A DNA stretch of 64,000 bases from Octopus vulgaris. Lineage: Eukaryota. A program made the translations under genes and the position numbers. Where the stretch lies: NCBI GenBank assembly GCA_951406725.2, contig OX597830.1, positions 67,394,001-67,458,000 on the forward strand, given 5' to 3'. Positions within the stretch are counted from its first letter, which is position 1, and every line of letters starts with the position of its first letter. A model generated the notes under the pieces. The model did not search any database and had not been told where the DNA came from. It worked only from the letters and a program-made list of their open reading frames with translations. Shown here piece after piece: positions 13,560-26,526 of this stretch.

Positions 13560-14135
13560 TGTTTGTTCACTTATCCATATTGTTAGCCTTCAGCATTCTC
13601 CTTTCCATGGGTCTTTGTGTTGATATAAATTTACTTCCAATGTTCTTGTGGTTAGCCCAGTAGCACACACTAGATGAAGATCTTATTTTACACACATGGA
13701 CACGTTACTACTCACGATGTGATTCAATTTACCAAAGGACGCTCATCCCAATTGTTCAATATTTAAAAATGTTTATCAGTATTTGTCCAACATAAGTTTA
13801 TTGATTCACATGTCTTACTATTTCATCATCTATTACTACACTTCAGCTGTGATTATATGGTTAGAGATGATCTTCGTTTTACTAATATTAATTCTGAGTC
13901 CACGTTTTTTACTTTCTTCTGAGGATTTCTCAGCATTTCTGTTGTTACTTTAATGCTTCTGGAAACGAATACAATATCATCAGTGAATTTGAAATGATTT
14001 AGCATATAACCATTTATATTCAATTTCTGACCAATATAAGTTTTGAAAACCTTTTCTAATACAGATGTGAATAATTTGAGTGATATAGTGTCTCTTTGTT
14101 TGAATCCTTTGCCAGTTTTCATTTCAATCACTTTG
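13560..14135 (-). mobile_element. RTE LINE RT fragment
   Basis: KGFKQRDTISLKLFTSVLE...LNINGYMLNHFKFTDDIV is a decayed QGD.SP / FADD region. Confidence 0.75.
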
Positions 14136-14142
14136 TTGTTTA

Positions 14143-14600
14143 TATTGGGTTGGCAAGTAAGTTCCCGCCATTTTTTAAAATTTTAATTTTTTAAAGGGTT
14201 TAATAAAAAAAATTACAACTAATTAATCAATAATGTATTCACCCTTGTTATTTGCAACTTCTTTCCAACTTTCAACAAGATTTTCAATACCTCCTTGGTA
14301 GAAATCACCCGATTTCGACTCGAAACATTGATCCAACCAAGCTCTCATTTCTGCATCACTATTGAACGAAACTCCAAAAGACGTGGAAATCTGTTGGTAC
14401 CAAATCAGGAGAGTATGGCGGGTGTGGCAGTACTTCCCAGCCATGCGTTTGAATGACTTCCTTGGTCATATTGGCGATATGAGGGCGGGTGTTGTCGTGC
14501 AGCAGAAGAACTCCATGCTGCCGATTCGGTCTTTTCTCATGAATAGCCGTGTTGAGTCGTTCCATCTGTGGAACGATGTATGAGGCAAAAGTTGTTATAG
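14143..14600 (-). mobile_element. mariner transposon 3' part (transposase C-terminus plus TIR)
   Basis: LLLHDNTRPH...WEVLPHPPYSPDLVPTDFHVF...FYQGGIENLVESW...GEYI; mariner-type end tattgggttggcaagtaagt at about 14143. Confidence 0.88.
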
Positions 14601-15501
14601 ATAGATCCCTCAAGAACTACACAGGTTTGAGTATTCCTGATACACTATCTGTATCTTGCATCAATCTCTCTGTGAATATCTAAATTTATTGACTACACCC
14701 TCCTTGTCTGAGTCCTTCCTCCTCACGGCCACCTCTCCTCACTAACACAGGCGGGTGTACTGACAAAGCTTAAATGAACAAACCTATGTTGAAAATCATT
14801 CCAGCAATGACCATCCCAACTTATAAAGGGTTTTTCAGACTATTTCCTTCAATGTGTTCTCTCCTTTTCAAAGACAGTAGGGAGAGAGGGAGGAGATATA
14901 ATTGCTATTTTCTGAAGGTCCAGTGACCATGTAAAGGTTACTCGAGGAATTGTGAAATGGAAAGAGTGACAGTCATGTACCATTTCAGAGCATTACTAGA
15001 CTTGAGCCAATAAGTGAAACCAAGTCACACTTCCATCTAAGACTTTACTCTTGCTCTCTAACAAAACACATTTCAAGTTAGCAATATGGAATAAAAAATG
15101 CAGGGTGCTGATGATTATAGCTGAAAAAGGCTGAATGAAGTATATTGTTGTATTTAGGCTTTGGTTCTTTCCGTTATGAGTTCAAATTCTACTTGGGTTG
15201 TATTTTTGATTTATATGTCTTGTCAAGGATTCATTGAAAAATTAATAATTGAGTTTCATTTAGTTCATCATATCTTTGTTTCTATAATGAGAAATGTATT
15301 AATATTTGAATCACCTCCAGTTAGTGACTGGTGCCTATTTCATCAAGTTTACATGGACAAAGGAAATTCAACCATTTTGTGTGAAGTCAGAATGGGAAGG
15401 AATATAACTAAATACCAGAAGGTATTTTGTGCAAAAATCTACAGTAGTTTTAGAATAAGAAATCAATATTTGAATATAATTCTTGATCTCTTGTTTTGCA
15501 G

Positions 15502-15653
15502 ATGCTTGGATCATAACTGAAGGCTTACATACTGGAGTTGCGAAATATATTGGGGAAGCTATGCATAATAAGGAAAATAAAGTGGATGCCATGAATGAAG
15601 TGACAACTCTTGGTATTGCACCATGGAACTGTGTACTGAAGAAAAAATCCCTA
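15502..15653 (+). CDS. TRPM: TRPM-like exon B, cassette 1 (3' end ambiguous, 15653 or 15664)
   Basis: ttttgcag acceptor. Reads (D)AWIITEGLHTGVAKYIGEAMHNKENKVDAMNEVTTLGIAPWNCVLKKKSL, matching TRPM AWIxTGGxxxGVxKxxGEA...GIAPW. The in-frame donor is GTGAAT at 15654; AG|GTAAAT at 15665 is out of phase with exon C. Confidence 0.85.
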
Positions 15654-17189
15654 GTGAATAAGAGGTAAATTTCTGTTTCAGTTATTTTCCTTTTTTTAAC
15701 CTCTTATATAATCCTTTCTCCATATTAACATTAAGTATTGATTTATATCATTTTACTGTTGGTGTTTGAAAGTTCAATATTAATTATAAAATGGTAACAT
15801 TTAATTATTAAATTACATCAAGACATAAAGAAAAATCCATATGATTTCCATTTATGATACATTGCTAATTTTGTGATAAGAGAAGTAATATTTTCAAGGG
15901 TTCTTGACTTTCGTGTGTGTATTATTTTTTTCTATTTTATTTGAAACGAAAAAGTAAATGGCCGAGTGAATGAGATATTTGACTACCTGATCATAGAGAA
16001 TGAGTTCTGTTTCATTGTTTCTGGGGAAAATACTATGTTCTACACTGCCTCAGTTTTTTTTTTTTTTTTTTTGCTTATCAAGAAAAAAACATCAATTTGG
16101 CAATATTCCATCACTTCTCAAAGATTATCAATCATCTTGATTTCTTGCTTGACATTTTGATCTAGTTTCTGGTTTTGGTTAGAGTTTGTGTGCAATGGAT
16201 ATAACTCAACAAGTCATTCTATATTAAACTTATTGTTTCTTCCTTTGTGCAGTGTAACTATTTGACAGAGATTAAGATTTGATGTGGTTATATAGCAGAG
16301 ATCTCTTGCCAAGAGCCTGGTTCTGGGAGTCTTTCGTGCTTTGCTGACTCTGATATCCAGTTGAATTATTTACGTGAATCGAAGTAGTGGTTAAAGACAA
16401 CACATGGGTTATAGGTTTTTACTCTGTTTCCACCACCAGTTGTTTCAAAAATTCTGCAAATATCCTGAATACTTCACTTTTTTCCCTTTCCCCAAGCTAA
16501 AAATATAATAATAACGAAAATACAAAACGTGACTCTCACATAGTGACTATCACAACATAGAGAAAAAGATACCCTGAGGTTGTGTGAGATTTGGATTAAA
16601 TCACCTTATAGCAAATGAGTAGTGTAAGATCCGCAGAAAGTCAATATAAATGAGCAGCCATATCCATGGATCTTCCCTGGTTATTTTAAAACTAAAGATT
16701 GTGAAAATACATAATTTCTTTGCATTATGTTTTTCTGAAGCAATTATTTCTCGGATTTGTGTAAAGTTCTCTTAGGGAAAACAATATTCTTTCTTATAGA
16801 ATTGTTATCTCTTCATCTTTAGGAGTTACTTTCTTTTATTTTTGTCCTTACGTCAGAAAGTAAAAACTTCGTAGAAAAAGCTATACGCACTTGTTCATGA
16901 GGAATCACTGGTTTAACGTTCTTCGCTTTTGTCTAGTGACAATATCATAAAACTATTTTAAAGTTATTGAAAGGTTTAAAGATTTAAATAATCTTAACAG
17001 TGTAATGAAATCAAAGACATTCTATAGTATCATTATGCTATGATACGACTACACTGAGACCAGTGTTACAAATCTTAATACATTTTCTATTTTAGAGAAT
17101 AGTGCATACGACTAGAATTGAAATCGCTAACCTAGTGAACAAAGTACTGCAGCTGTCACGCTGCAGTATGGATTCTAAATTTGTGTATG

Positions 17190-17221
<32 letters not shown>

Positions 17222-17259
17222 TGTATGTATGTATATATGTATGTATATATATATATATA

Positions 17260-18110
17260 TACAGGGGGCCTCTAAATTGCGCACAAATGAAAACAACTCT
17301 CGCATCTCGTTTTAACAGATATTTTAACAAACTTTCATTAAAATATCTTGAAATGCTAAAGAGTAAATTTATTATATAGATGAACCACTCACTGCAATTC
17401 TTCAGGCCAGTCGTTTTGTTTACGTTGGTGAATACTGCCATACTCCTTGCTTTCAGTTCATTTTTGGTGTCACAAGAAGTTTCATTGGTCTCTTACTCAA
17501 CTGCGCCCCGCACATAATAATGAAGCGGGTTGCTGTCTGGGAAGTTAGGTAACCAGATGTTAAGTGTGATGTGGTTGCGGAAATTGTCTGATATCCATGA
17601 CTGGGTTCTACAGCTTGTGTGGTATGGTGCAGAGTCCTGTTGCCAGACATGAGGTCTTCCAGCAGCCACCCTCTTGACCTAGGGCAGCACTACGTCCTCC
17701 AAGCACTTTATGTAGAGCTCTGTACTGAGTCTGGAGCCATGTGGGAAGATGAATGGAGGCATAATGTCGCCATCACTAGTGATTACACCAAACACTATGA
17801 TGTTGAGGGGATGTTTGATTTTCATCTCACTCGGTACATATCAAATTGCACTGTCCTCAGATTGACACCCAAACAATCTGAAATATTCGTATTGGAGCTT
17901 CCAGCGCGAATGCCAAGCAATACAGTTTGTCATTTCCAAATGTTTGGCATAGTGAATTGCGTCATGGTGCTGCTTTACTCACAGACTGTGCCCAACTGAC
18001 CCTACTATAGTGTGTAGTCGACAAAATCAAAAACGAACAATGCACATAAGCGAAAGCAAAAAAATAAAAAATAAAATGGTGACAATTTCTGATATTCAAC
18101 ACGGAATTCT
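17260..18110 (-). mobile_element. Decayed Tc1/mariner-superfamily element
   Basis: Begins ta-cagggg after a (TA)n run; the minus strand shows a decayed NPVM(D)...SATTSHLT / MCGAQL region resembling P(M)DY..WG. Confidence 0.45.
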
Positions 18111-18144
18111 CTGTATTTGAGTGCGGAACTCTCTGTTATTCAGA

Positions 18145-19070
18145 TTATTATTATCATTGCTTTACTTCTCAGAACGTTCAGTCTCGTTTTTTCTGGTAGA
18201 TTCTATGAGAGAAGACAGCAGCCTGCAGTCAGAGATCTCACAAAATCTCTTTCTGCACATTATATGATACTTGGTTGTTAATTATTGTAGGAAACTTTCA
18301 ACATACAAGTACCAATCTCAAAATCCTACCTGTCCCCAGTAGATCAGTTTTTTGGCCTTGCTCTGCTTTCATGTCAATTCCGATTTCTTTGACATATTTC
18401 TCGAACTTGGTTGTTAGTGCTCGGAGTGCCCTTAAAACTACTGGAATGACAGACACTCTCCTCGTAGTCTATATTCTCGCTATTTCGTCTTTTAGAAGTC
18501 TGTACTTTTCAATCTTTTCTAGTTCTTTGTCACTTATGCGTGCATCTCCGGGTATTGCAATATCTATAATCTTGGTTTCCTTTTTCCCTTTATCTACCAC
18601 AACAATATCTGGTCTCCGAGCCTTGATCAAGGAATCACATTGGATCGTAAAATCTCACAGTATCTTATGTTCCTTGTTCTCAGTGACTACTTCTGGTTCG
18701 TGTTCGTATCATTTCTGTATTCAGTTCAGGTCGCACTTTTCACACAGCGTCCAGGAGACAAACTTATCCGCATTATCGTGCCTCCTTTTGTAGTGCCTTT
18801 GAGACAGCTTGCTACACTCACTCACAATATGTGAGATTGTTTCGTTTTCGCTTGCACACATCCTAAAAAGAGGCGGTTCGGAATTTGGCGTAATTAGTTC
18901 TCAGAGCTTGTTCCTAGGTGCTACATATAAATGCCTCACTGCATCCTTTCAGATCACTTTTTCTTAACCATCTGTAAGTATTGATCTTGTCTTTTCCTTC
19001 GATTTCTCTGAGGTATTGCCTATGCAACGGTTTCATTTTCCAGTTGTGTACTCTTTTTTCATTTTATTTC
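18145..19070 (-). mobile_element. R4/Dong-type LINE 3' end (RLE endonuclease)
   Basis: The minus strand reads YKRRHDN...EHEPEVVTEN...DFTIQCD..IKARRPDIVVVDK...IIDIAIPGD...EKIEKY. The 3' end abuts an (ATT)n run at 18145. Confidence 0.85.
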
Positions 19071-19828
19071 TTAAATGCTTGTGGGTGCCCTCCTGTTACA
19101 GGAGAACTTATAGGCATAATCGAGGAACCGCACTGTCCGAAATTTCCCCGAACACCAAGAGCAAGTGCCCACTCCGACTTACAGGTCTACACTGAGAGAG
19201 GTACCATCCACTCTTGCCATTTTTGCAACTTTCACCCACCTTTCAATACACTCAGTCAAGGACAGAACTTCCCTCTCCACTCGCAATTTCATTTTTCAAG
19301 TGAAAATCCACTTCCTTTCATAGAGATTTTTATTTTCCTGTAGCCAGGGGAGACGTTTACGCTGGTCTATATTTATCGACTGCGTGATGTTTAGTTCTTC
19401 TACTTTTGTTATTTCTTCAATTGGTTCGTCTCCCTCCTCGGTTTTAGCTGGTGTGTGTTATTTTGTTTGTTGTTGTTTTATGCTTCAGTATTCGCCTGTC
19501 TATGTGTGTTGTTTATGTGTATGTGAGTGTATGGAGTGTCATTATGCATCTGTATACCAATTCATTAGTGTTCTTTTTTTATGTCTGTAAACATTAAAAT
19601 CTCCCTAACACATTCAGTATAACACAATCCATATTCTGATACTTTCTCTCCCTATTTCCAAAGCTATCTCTCTCTTTCTCTTTTTCCCACTTTTCCCTGC
19701 TCTTTGTTACTCCCCCCATCTCTATTAGCTGTATATTTTTCTGTATCAGAACAAACAAAACACATATTTTTATGTGACAATGGTTTTTATAATATGTATA
19801 ACAATTAAAATATTGATTTGATTTCTAG

Positions 19829-20003
19829 GGATCGTGGCCTGCAGACTATTCCATACAAACTAATTCTAAAGAAGAAATGTATGCATTGGATCCTAATCAT
19901 TCACATTTTATCCTTGTTGATGATGGTACCAAAGACAATTTTGGAGAAATAATTGAATTCAGAAAAAAGTTAGAACATACTATTTCACAAGAGAAAATCC
20001 CAG
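19829..20003 (+). CDS. TRPM: TRPM-like exon C, cassette 1
   Basis: tttctag acceptor, G|GTAAGT donor. Reads GSWPADYSIQTNSKEEMYALDPNHSHFILVDDGTKDNFGEIIEFRKKLEHTISQEKIP, containing the hallmark LDxNHSHFILVDDGT. Confidence 0.93.
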
Positions 20004-20869
20004 GTAAGTTGTTATTACTGAGAAATCTAAACATATCATACAGAACAGAGATGAAATATTATTGAGAATTCCTTGTTAAATTGACACATACATCATATCA
20101 AATGTCTCCCTTTAATATGGAACCGATCTTTTATAGGTTTTAGTTAAATTATTTTTAATATTTAAGACCTAAGCAATTCTATTTTTCTATGGTATCCAAT
20201 CAACATTTACTGAATGATTCTTTTATTCCAATGTTGACCGGTTCAGTGGTGTCACTGCTTTGCTAATAAAGTCACAATGAGTTTGGAACATGTCTGGATT
20301 TTCTCTATGAAGTTTTGTTCTCTTTATTGTTCCTATCATTATGTTTTCTCCAAATGTATTCCTCATTGTTGTACATATTGTGTTAAACTTTGTGTAGGAT
20401 GCTATCGTCACATTTGGGCTGGTGTCCCAGTTGCTATTCATCCTCTCCTTCATTGACTTTAAAGCATGTTTCTGACGTTATTGGTCCTGTTTTGGTAGCT
20501 AAACTCCAACCTCACTTTTATCATTGTGATATGACTTCCTTATCTCTTTTCTCCCATTGTCATTTTTCTCCCTAACTCCCTAACTTTCCCTTCTTGTCCC
20601 TTCTCTTAATGTGGCTAATTGAGTGATTCATCTATTTGCTACTTCTCATCATTTCCCTGTTCTTATTCCCTCCAGTCAGAAATGTTTTTTTAATCTCATT
20701 TTTCCCCCTAACTTTTTCTTGTTTTTCAGATAACAATGATTTTCCTTTTTAAATTTTGGGTTTACTATTTTGTTTTATTTTTATTACAGTTTCTCATTAG
20801 ATGAGACAGTTGATCTCCTGAAAGATTAGCTCTCATGTTTCTAAGCACTTTAAAGATTTTAATTTTGTT

Positions 20870-22100
20870 TTAAAGTGATACCAAATTAAGGCAGGCATAG
20901 ATTTCATTAATTCTTCTTCCTTTTTGGGATCACTGGTTGGGTCTGATGGAAGCCACTTGATAACAACAAGGCTACTCTACCTTTTTCGAGATATATTGTC
21001 ATGTTATCCTTCATTGATTTACTCAGAGCCTCCAGAATTCACTTGTTTTTCATTAAACATTAATCCATGGCAATCATTTGATATCTCTAAAGTACATCTC
21101 TAAATTTTGAAATTCATGGCAATGTGTCACCCAGGTGCATCAAGTCTAAAAAGGGTTTGAAAACAGAATTTGCTGTATAGCTCCCAGGAAGCAGTGTGGA
21201 AACAACAACAGAAGGAAAAAACCAGCTGTGATTGCTGAAGCATTATGTTGATAGTCATTGCATGCTGTGGTGGAGGGTTTGTGTGGTCCAGTGACTCTGA
21301 GTGCAATCTTGTAGGGCCATTCATAATGATAAATCAAAGAAGGGGACCCAGATAGAACATAGCCAACCCTTTCAATACCTCAGTGACAAAACAAGTAGAT
21401 GTAGACAACAACAATATCATATTTCAATAGTGTTTGAACAGGTAGAAGTAGGCAATGTCAAAATGGACTGTCTATGATGGTGTCATTCAGAAGTATAAAT
21501 GAGTTAGTGGCTATCTACCATTTCCCTCAGCTGATACTGTCCATCTGATTCTACATGCTCTGTAGAGGATGGTCCTGAAACCATAATGCATTGGTCACTC
21601 CCTAGCAAGTTAGGTTCCACAGAACAAATTCTTCTTGCTAATATACTGAGCAACAGACTGAAACAAGAATGCCTTTAAAGATCTGCCATTAACTTCCAGG
21701 AAGCACGTTTCAGATCCTTGCAAATGAACCTTGTCAAAACTAGCAGAAATCACTGCCCTTTGGTCAGCAGTGAGTTTGGAGTCATTGATCTCTGCTGTTA
21801 ATATGTCAATATTATATTTTTGTTTCCAGAAGCTTTACTGGTCAAATAACTTTTGTACTGTTTCCTTCATGCAGCTTTTATAAAACCATAAACATTCTAA
21901 TAATTTGGCTTCAAATTCCTTCTCATTGAAAGTTATCCAATCAGACACCAATCAAGCACACCTGGTACTATTTCATTAATCACTACCAAGAGAAGTATTT
22001 CAACAAATTGATATTACAAAGGTGGAACTTTACATATTTCCACTCTCTATTCATTTTCAATTCATTAACTTTGCTTGGTAGTCAATGAAAACAGTCACAT
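20870..22100 (-). mobile_element. Degenerate Helitron RepHel (PIF1 helicase) remnant, cassette 1
   Basis: Minus frames resemble AxTLLPGxxTAxSxFK and decayed EALxK.../SGFHQTQPVIPK. Homologous to 58390-59600. Confidence 0.65.
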
Positions 22101-23550
22101 CTAGAATATTCTATTGATAAAGAGTCTTTGGTGAATTTCCATGGCCACCCATCATTAATGAGAGAAACACAATAAGAAAATTAATTATAAACTGAAAGAT
22201 TACATATGATCAATTACCATAATTTAAAATTTGCCTAATTTCAGTTTCATAAATAAATTTCAATCACCTGATATGTCAGTATTAGGGGTTGATGCACATA
22301 GCAACGTATTCAGCAGAAGCTCTGCTTTAAGTGAGTCTTAAACTAAATTGTTACCTTTCTATTTAGGTTTTAGAAGAAGAGAGATAAAGTAAAGGTAAGA
22401 GAGAAGTGAAAAAGGTATTGATAATATTAGATTGGCAGGGGAAATGAAAGAATGAGAAAGAAAAGGAAGGAAAATGATGAAAGTAGAAAAGCGTTTAATG
22501 AGATGAAGGAAGAAGCAGAATAGTAAATGGGAGCGTTGTGTTGGCAGCAGAGATCAGGCAATAGTTATATATGAAAGAAAGAGAAGTAAATGATAGAAAC
22601 AATAACTTCTCAAGCATATGATAGATATATATTTGTTGTATTTTTATATGCTTTCTATAATGATGAAGCAATTAATTAATGACATTTGTTGATTGCTTAA
22701 GATAGATGTGGCTAATGTTCAGGTTGATCAGCTACAAGTTAATGCCAGTTTGAATAAGTGTTACAAGAGTAATGTGTGTGAATATGATTTTGAGAGATTA
22801 ACATCTTGAGGAGGAAGTATTTGGAAAAGTGGTTAGTTTGGAAATGAGTGGGAACACAAAGAATTGTTAATGAGAGGAATAATTACCATTGAATTATCAG
22901 CAAATGTATAAGAGTCAGGAGACAGAGCTTTTGCAGACAGAAGTAGGAGGGTATTGGTAAATGAATCTTGACCAGCCAGATACTTGGTGTTCATTTCTGT
23001 GTAATATAGGTTATTTCTGATGTTTAAGTGCAGTCCTTTTCCTGTTGTGGGGACTGTATCAATTGAAGGTTTCTCAATGAAGAACTTTGTAGAAAGTTGT
23101 ACAGCGCTGAAGTATGATCTTGTTCGAAAAAGGAAGACAACACCTTGACACACTTGTTTGATATATTATAGATTTGAGATTGCCAGGAGAGATACTCAGT
23201 AATTTAGAAGCTTAGAATGTGTGGTGACCTTAAGAATTTAGTTGTATGCAGTTTAAGACTAGAGGGGGTAAGTGGTTGGAGAATGTTTCTTTGTTATGAG
23301 CATTATGTCCTTATTATTCTGTTGAAATAAAAAAGATTATAGAGGTTATGTTGAATTTATATAAAGCATCTGTGTTGCTAACACCTGCATGTGGAAGTTA
23401 AAAAGCAGTGAAGAACGCTGTCACCTGAGTATTAAGCATTTCTGTCTTTTCTGTTTTAACATATCTGTACAGTTTTATATTTATTACAGTTATGTATGTC
23501 TATTGTGTCTGTAATATTTGGCAGATGGATTTAGCATTTAACTATATATA

Positions 23551-23815
23551 TTTCATTGCATCTGGGGAGAGTCATTCTCTTTTAGCACTTTATTAATTTA
23601 ACACACTCACCAGTCCAATTTCCAATAATTTATTTATACTAAAATTTTCGTTGCACCTTTTCAGTAGTCGGAGAGTCAATGGCTATTGAAATGATTGCAA
23701 GACACAATGAAAATTTGAGTAAAACTAAATAAATAAATGAATGGAAATTGGGCTGGTGAGTGTGTAAATTGATAAGGCACTAAAAGAGAATGAATCTCTC
23801 CAGACACAATAAAAT
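23551..23815. repeat. Foldback (inverted-repeat) element at a (TA)n site
   Basis: Arms at about 23551-23653 and 23706-23815 are imperfect reverse complements. Absent from the homologous site at about 61410. Confidence 0.8.
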
Positions 23816-25470
23816 TTGCTTCAACACAAGAATTCACATAAAGAATCTTGCAAACCAAATACAAAAAAAAACAACAAAAACAATGAAATATATACACTTT
23901 GTATTAGTGAAAGAGTATTAGCTTAGTGTAGTAATATTTTTATGAGAGATGAGGTAGTTGTTATGTAATATATAAAGCAAATTCAATTAATTCCAGTGGA
24001 AATTAATGTTAATTAACATGTGTATGTCTTTGTAAAATATATACATATCAAGGTGGACAGAACCTGAGAAAGAGAAAGACCTAGGAAGACCTGGGTCAAA
24101 GTGGGGAAAAATTACCCTCACATTTTGTGCTTTACAGGTGAGGTGACAAAGAACTGAGATGATTGATGATTTGGGCTTCAGGAGACATGTCCATCCAAGT
24201 AAAATTGAGACCCTAAAGACATATTGCCTATGTCTGTACACCTGCACACAATCCATGTCTCTGATGAATCTCTCCCCACAGACATATCTTCTTATGCCCC
24301 TCCCTCCACCCATGTTCACCTCTCACTGCAATCCCCTCCATCTCACCTTTCACACTCATGAATTTTCCTACCCACTCACCTTACCCAATCCTCTGTACCA
24401 CTTACCATATTCACACCTTTCTCTCTGAGGGAATGCCCCAACACATCTTCATCACCCTCTTCTCTCTCTGTTTCCACCTGGGGCAGCCATGCATCTTCTC
24501 TACTGCAACATACCTGCTTCTGTCCCCTTATTCATACTCTAACTTCTCATCACCTGGCACAAAGCCACCTCCCTCAATACTAATTTCTCCTTCAGTTAAG
24601 GGGTCTTGTTTTACAACTCACTTGGTCCCCTCACCAGTGTTAGTACCACATAAAAGCACCTAGTAAACTCTGTAAAATGGTTGGTGTTAAGAAGAGCTCC
24701 AGCTGTAACCTTGTTGAAAGAAATGGCAGAGCTTGGCATGGTCTTCTGGCTAACCATCTCAAACCAACCAGCCCATGCCAATATGGAGGGAAGGTGTTAA
24801 ATGATGATGATGATGATGTTGTTATTTTTGTAGTTGATGAAAATGATGATGATAATATGGATGCATGTTTCTAAAAACACAACGTGCTTAACTCATGCTA
24901 AATTTTATACTCCAGACAAGTCATGTTTTATACATTAGTCAAATATATTTCCTACCCTAATATTCTAGACCTAAGTGAGGTTACATTTTATACCTAAATC
25001 AGGTATATTTTAGAACTTATACCATTTATTTTTACCTTAATCAGGTATGTTTTGTACCTTAATCAGGCATGCTTTTTTATATCCTTGCAATGGATATATG
25101 ATATAACAAAGCAGTGAGGAAGAAAGTATATGCCTGATGCATTACTATTACAAGATACCCAATGCTCAGTATTAAAAGGTTCACAGTGAACTGCTTACCA
25201 ACATGAACTGCCAATCTCACACAGTTCTTTGTTTTATAACAATGAGACAGTCCACCTTTAGTCACTTGGGTGTGGTCAGAATCTTTCCCCAACAACTTTA
25301 CAGCTTGATCAGATTATACTTCATACTTTAAAAGGTATATATTTTAAATTTAATCTGGTATACTTTTCATACATTAATTAGGTATTTGTTGCATCTTAGT
25401 CGGGTATATTTTATAAGTTAATCAAATATATCTTGTATCTTAAATATCATATTTTCTCTCACAATTTTAG

Positions 25471-25583
25471 AGCAAGAAAATTTCAAGATTCCAGCTGTTG
25501 TAGTACTGGTTGGAGGTGGACTTGAAACTCTGAAATCAGTCTTGGATTCAATATCACACAACATCCCAGTTATAACAGTAAAG
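25471..25583 (+). CDS. TRPM: TRPM-like exon D, cassette 1
   Basis: ttttag acceptor, AAG|GTCAGT donor. Reads (E)QENFKIPAVVVLVGGGLETLKSVLDSISHNIPVITVK, matching TRPM IPxVxxxxxGG...PVVVV. Phase 1 to 0, consistent with neighbours. Confidence 0.92.
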
Positions 25584-26429
25584 GTCAGTAAACAGACTAT
25601 TCTGTGAAAAGGATTACTGGAAGTTCATATCTTTTATGTATCTGAAGAAACGTGTGCTTAGGAAAACTAAATAGGACTACATGAGTATTTTGCTGGTGTA
25701 GAATTTTATATCAATATTTTATTTAATGATCTACATGGTTACTGGTTTTATAGTCAACTGCTTAAATCTTATGATTTAACCACCATGGACAGACAACAGG
25801 CTGTACACAGCACTCAGAAGTAAGCAGGAGGCAGCAAAACTAGCAGCAGACCAGAGCACTGTCACAACACTAAAGCAATGGACATCAACAGTGGCAACAC
25901 ACCATGACCAGCTAAGATTAAGAAGCTCACAACTATGACTATAATCATACCTATTGCAGGAATAATAAGCTTTGGATTAACATATTTGTATACGATAAAA
26001 GTAATATTTCTTATTAAAACCACAAACGGATTTAAGTTGTTTTTATCATAACAAAGTTGATAATTAAGTGAGCCTGTAAGAAAGAGCAGCTAAATTTACA
26101 TTAAATCACATCTTAAAAATGCAAGGACATATTGGATATTATAGTTACAGTACTCAATATCCTAAAGAATATCCTAAAGCACTGTAATAGTCACACTCCA
26201 AGTAAGGTCATTATCAAACTCTGCTGGAACCCAGAAATGAAACGATGGAAGAAATGCAACCTATCCAAACTGATACTCTGAAACCTGTATTACAAAGCTC
26301 TGCAGGTCAGATTGCACATTACAGTCCTCAGATTAGTGAAACAACCACAAACTAATAACAGCAACACAGGAGGAGTTTACAACTTATTTGGATTGAAATT
26401 TGATGTTAACTAGAGACTTTTACCTCTTT

Positions 26430-26526
26430 GAATGAATGAATGAATGAATGAATGAATGAATGAATGAATGAATGAATGGATGGATGGATGGATGGATGGA
26501 TGGATGGATGGATGGATGGATGGATG
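26430..26526. repeat. (GAAT)n(GGAT)n compound microsatellite at the 3' end of the Tx1-like LINE
   Basis: Directly visible; follows the element's aataaa on the minus strand. Confidence 0.95.

Noticed and set aside
18275-18793. 172-aa plus-strand ORF (likewise 30322-30774 and 27287-27691)
   Set aside because: Antisense shadows of LINE coding sequence.
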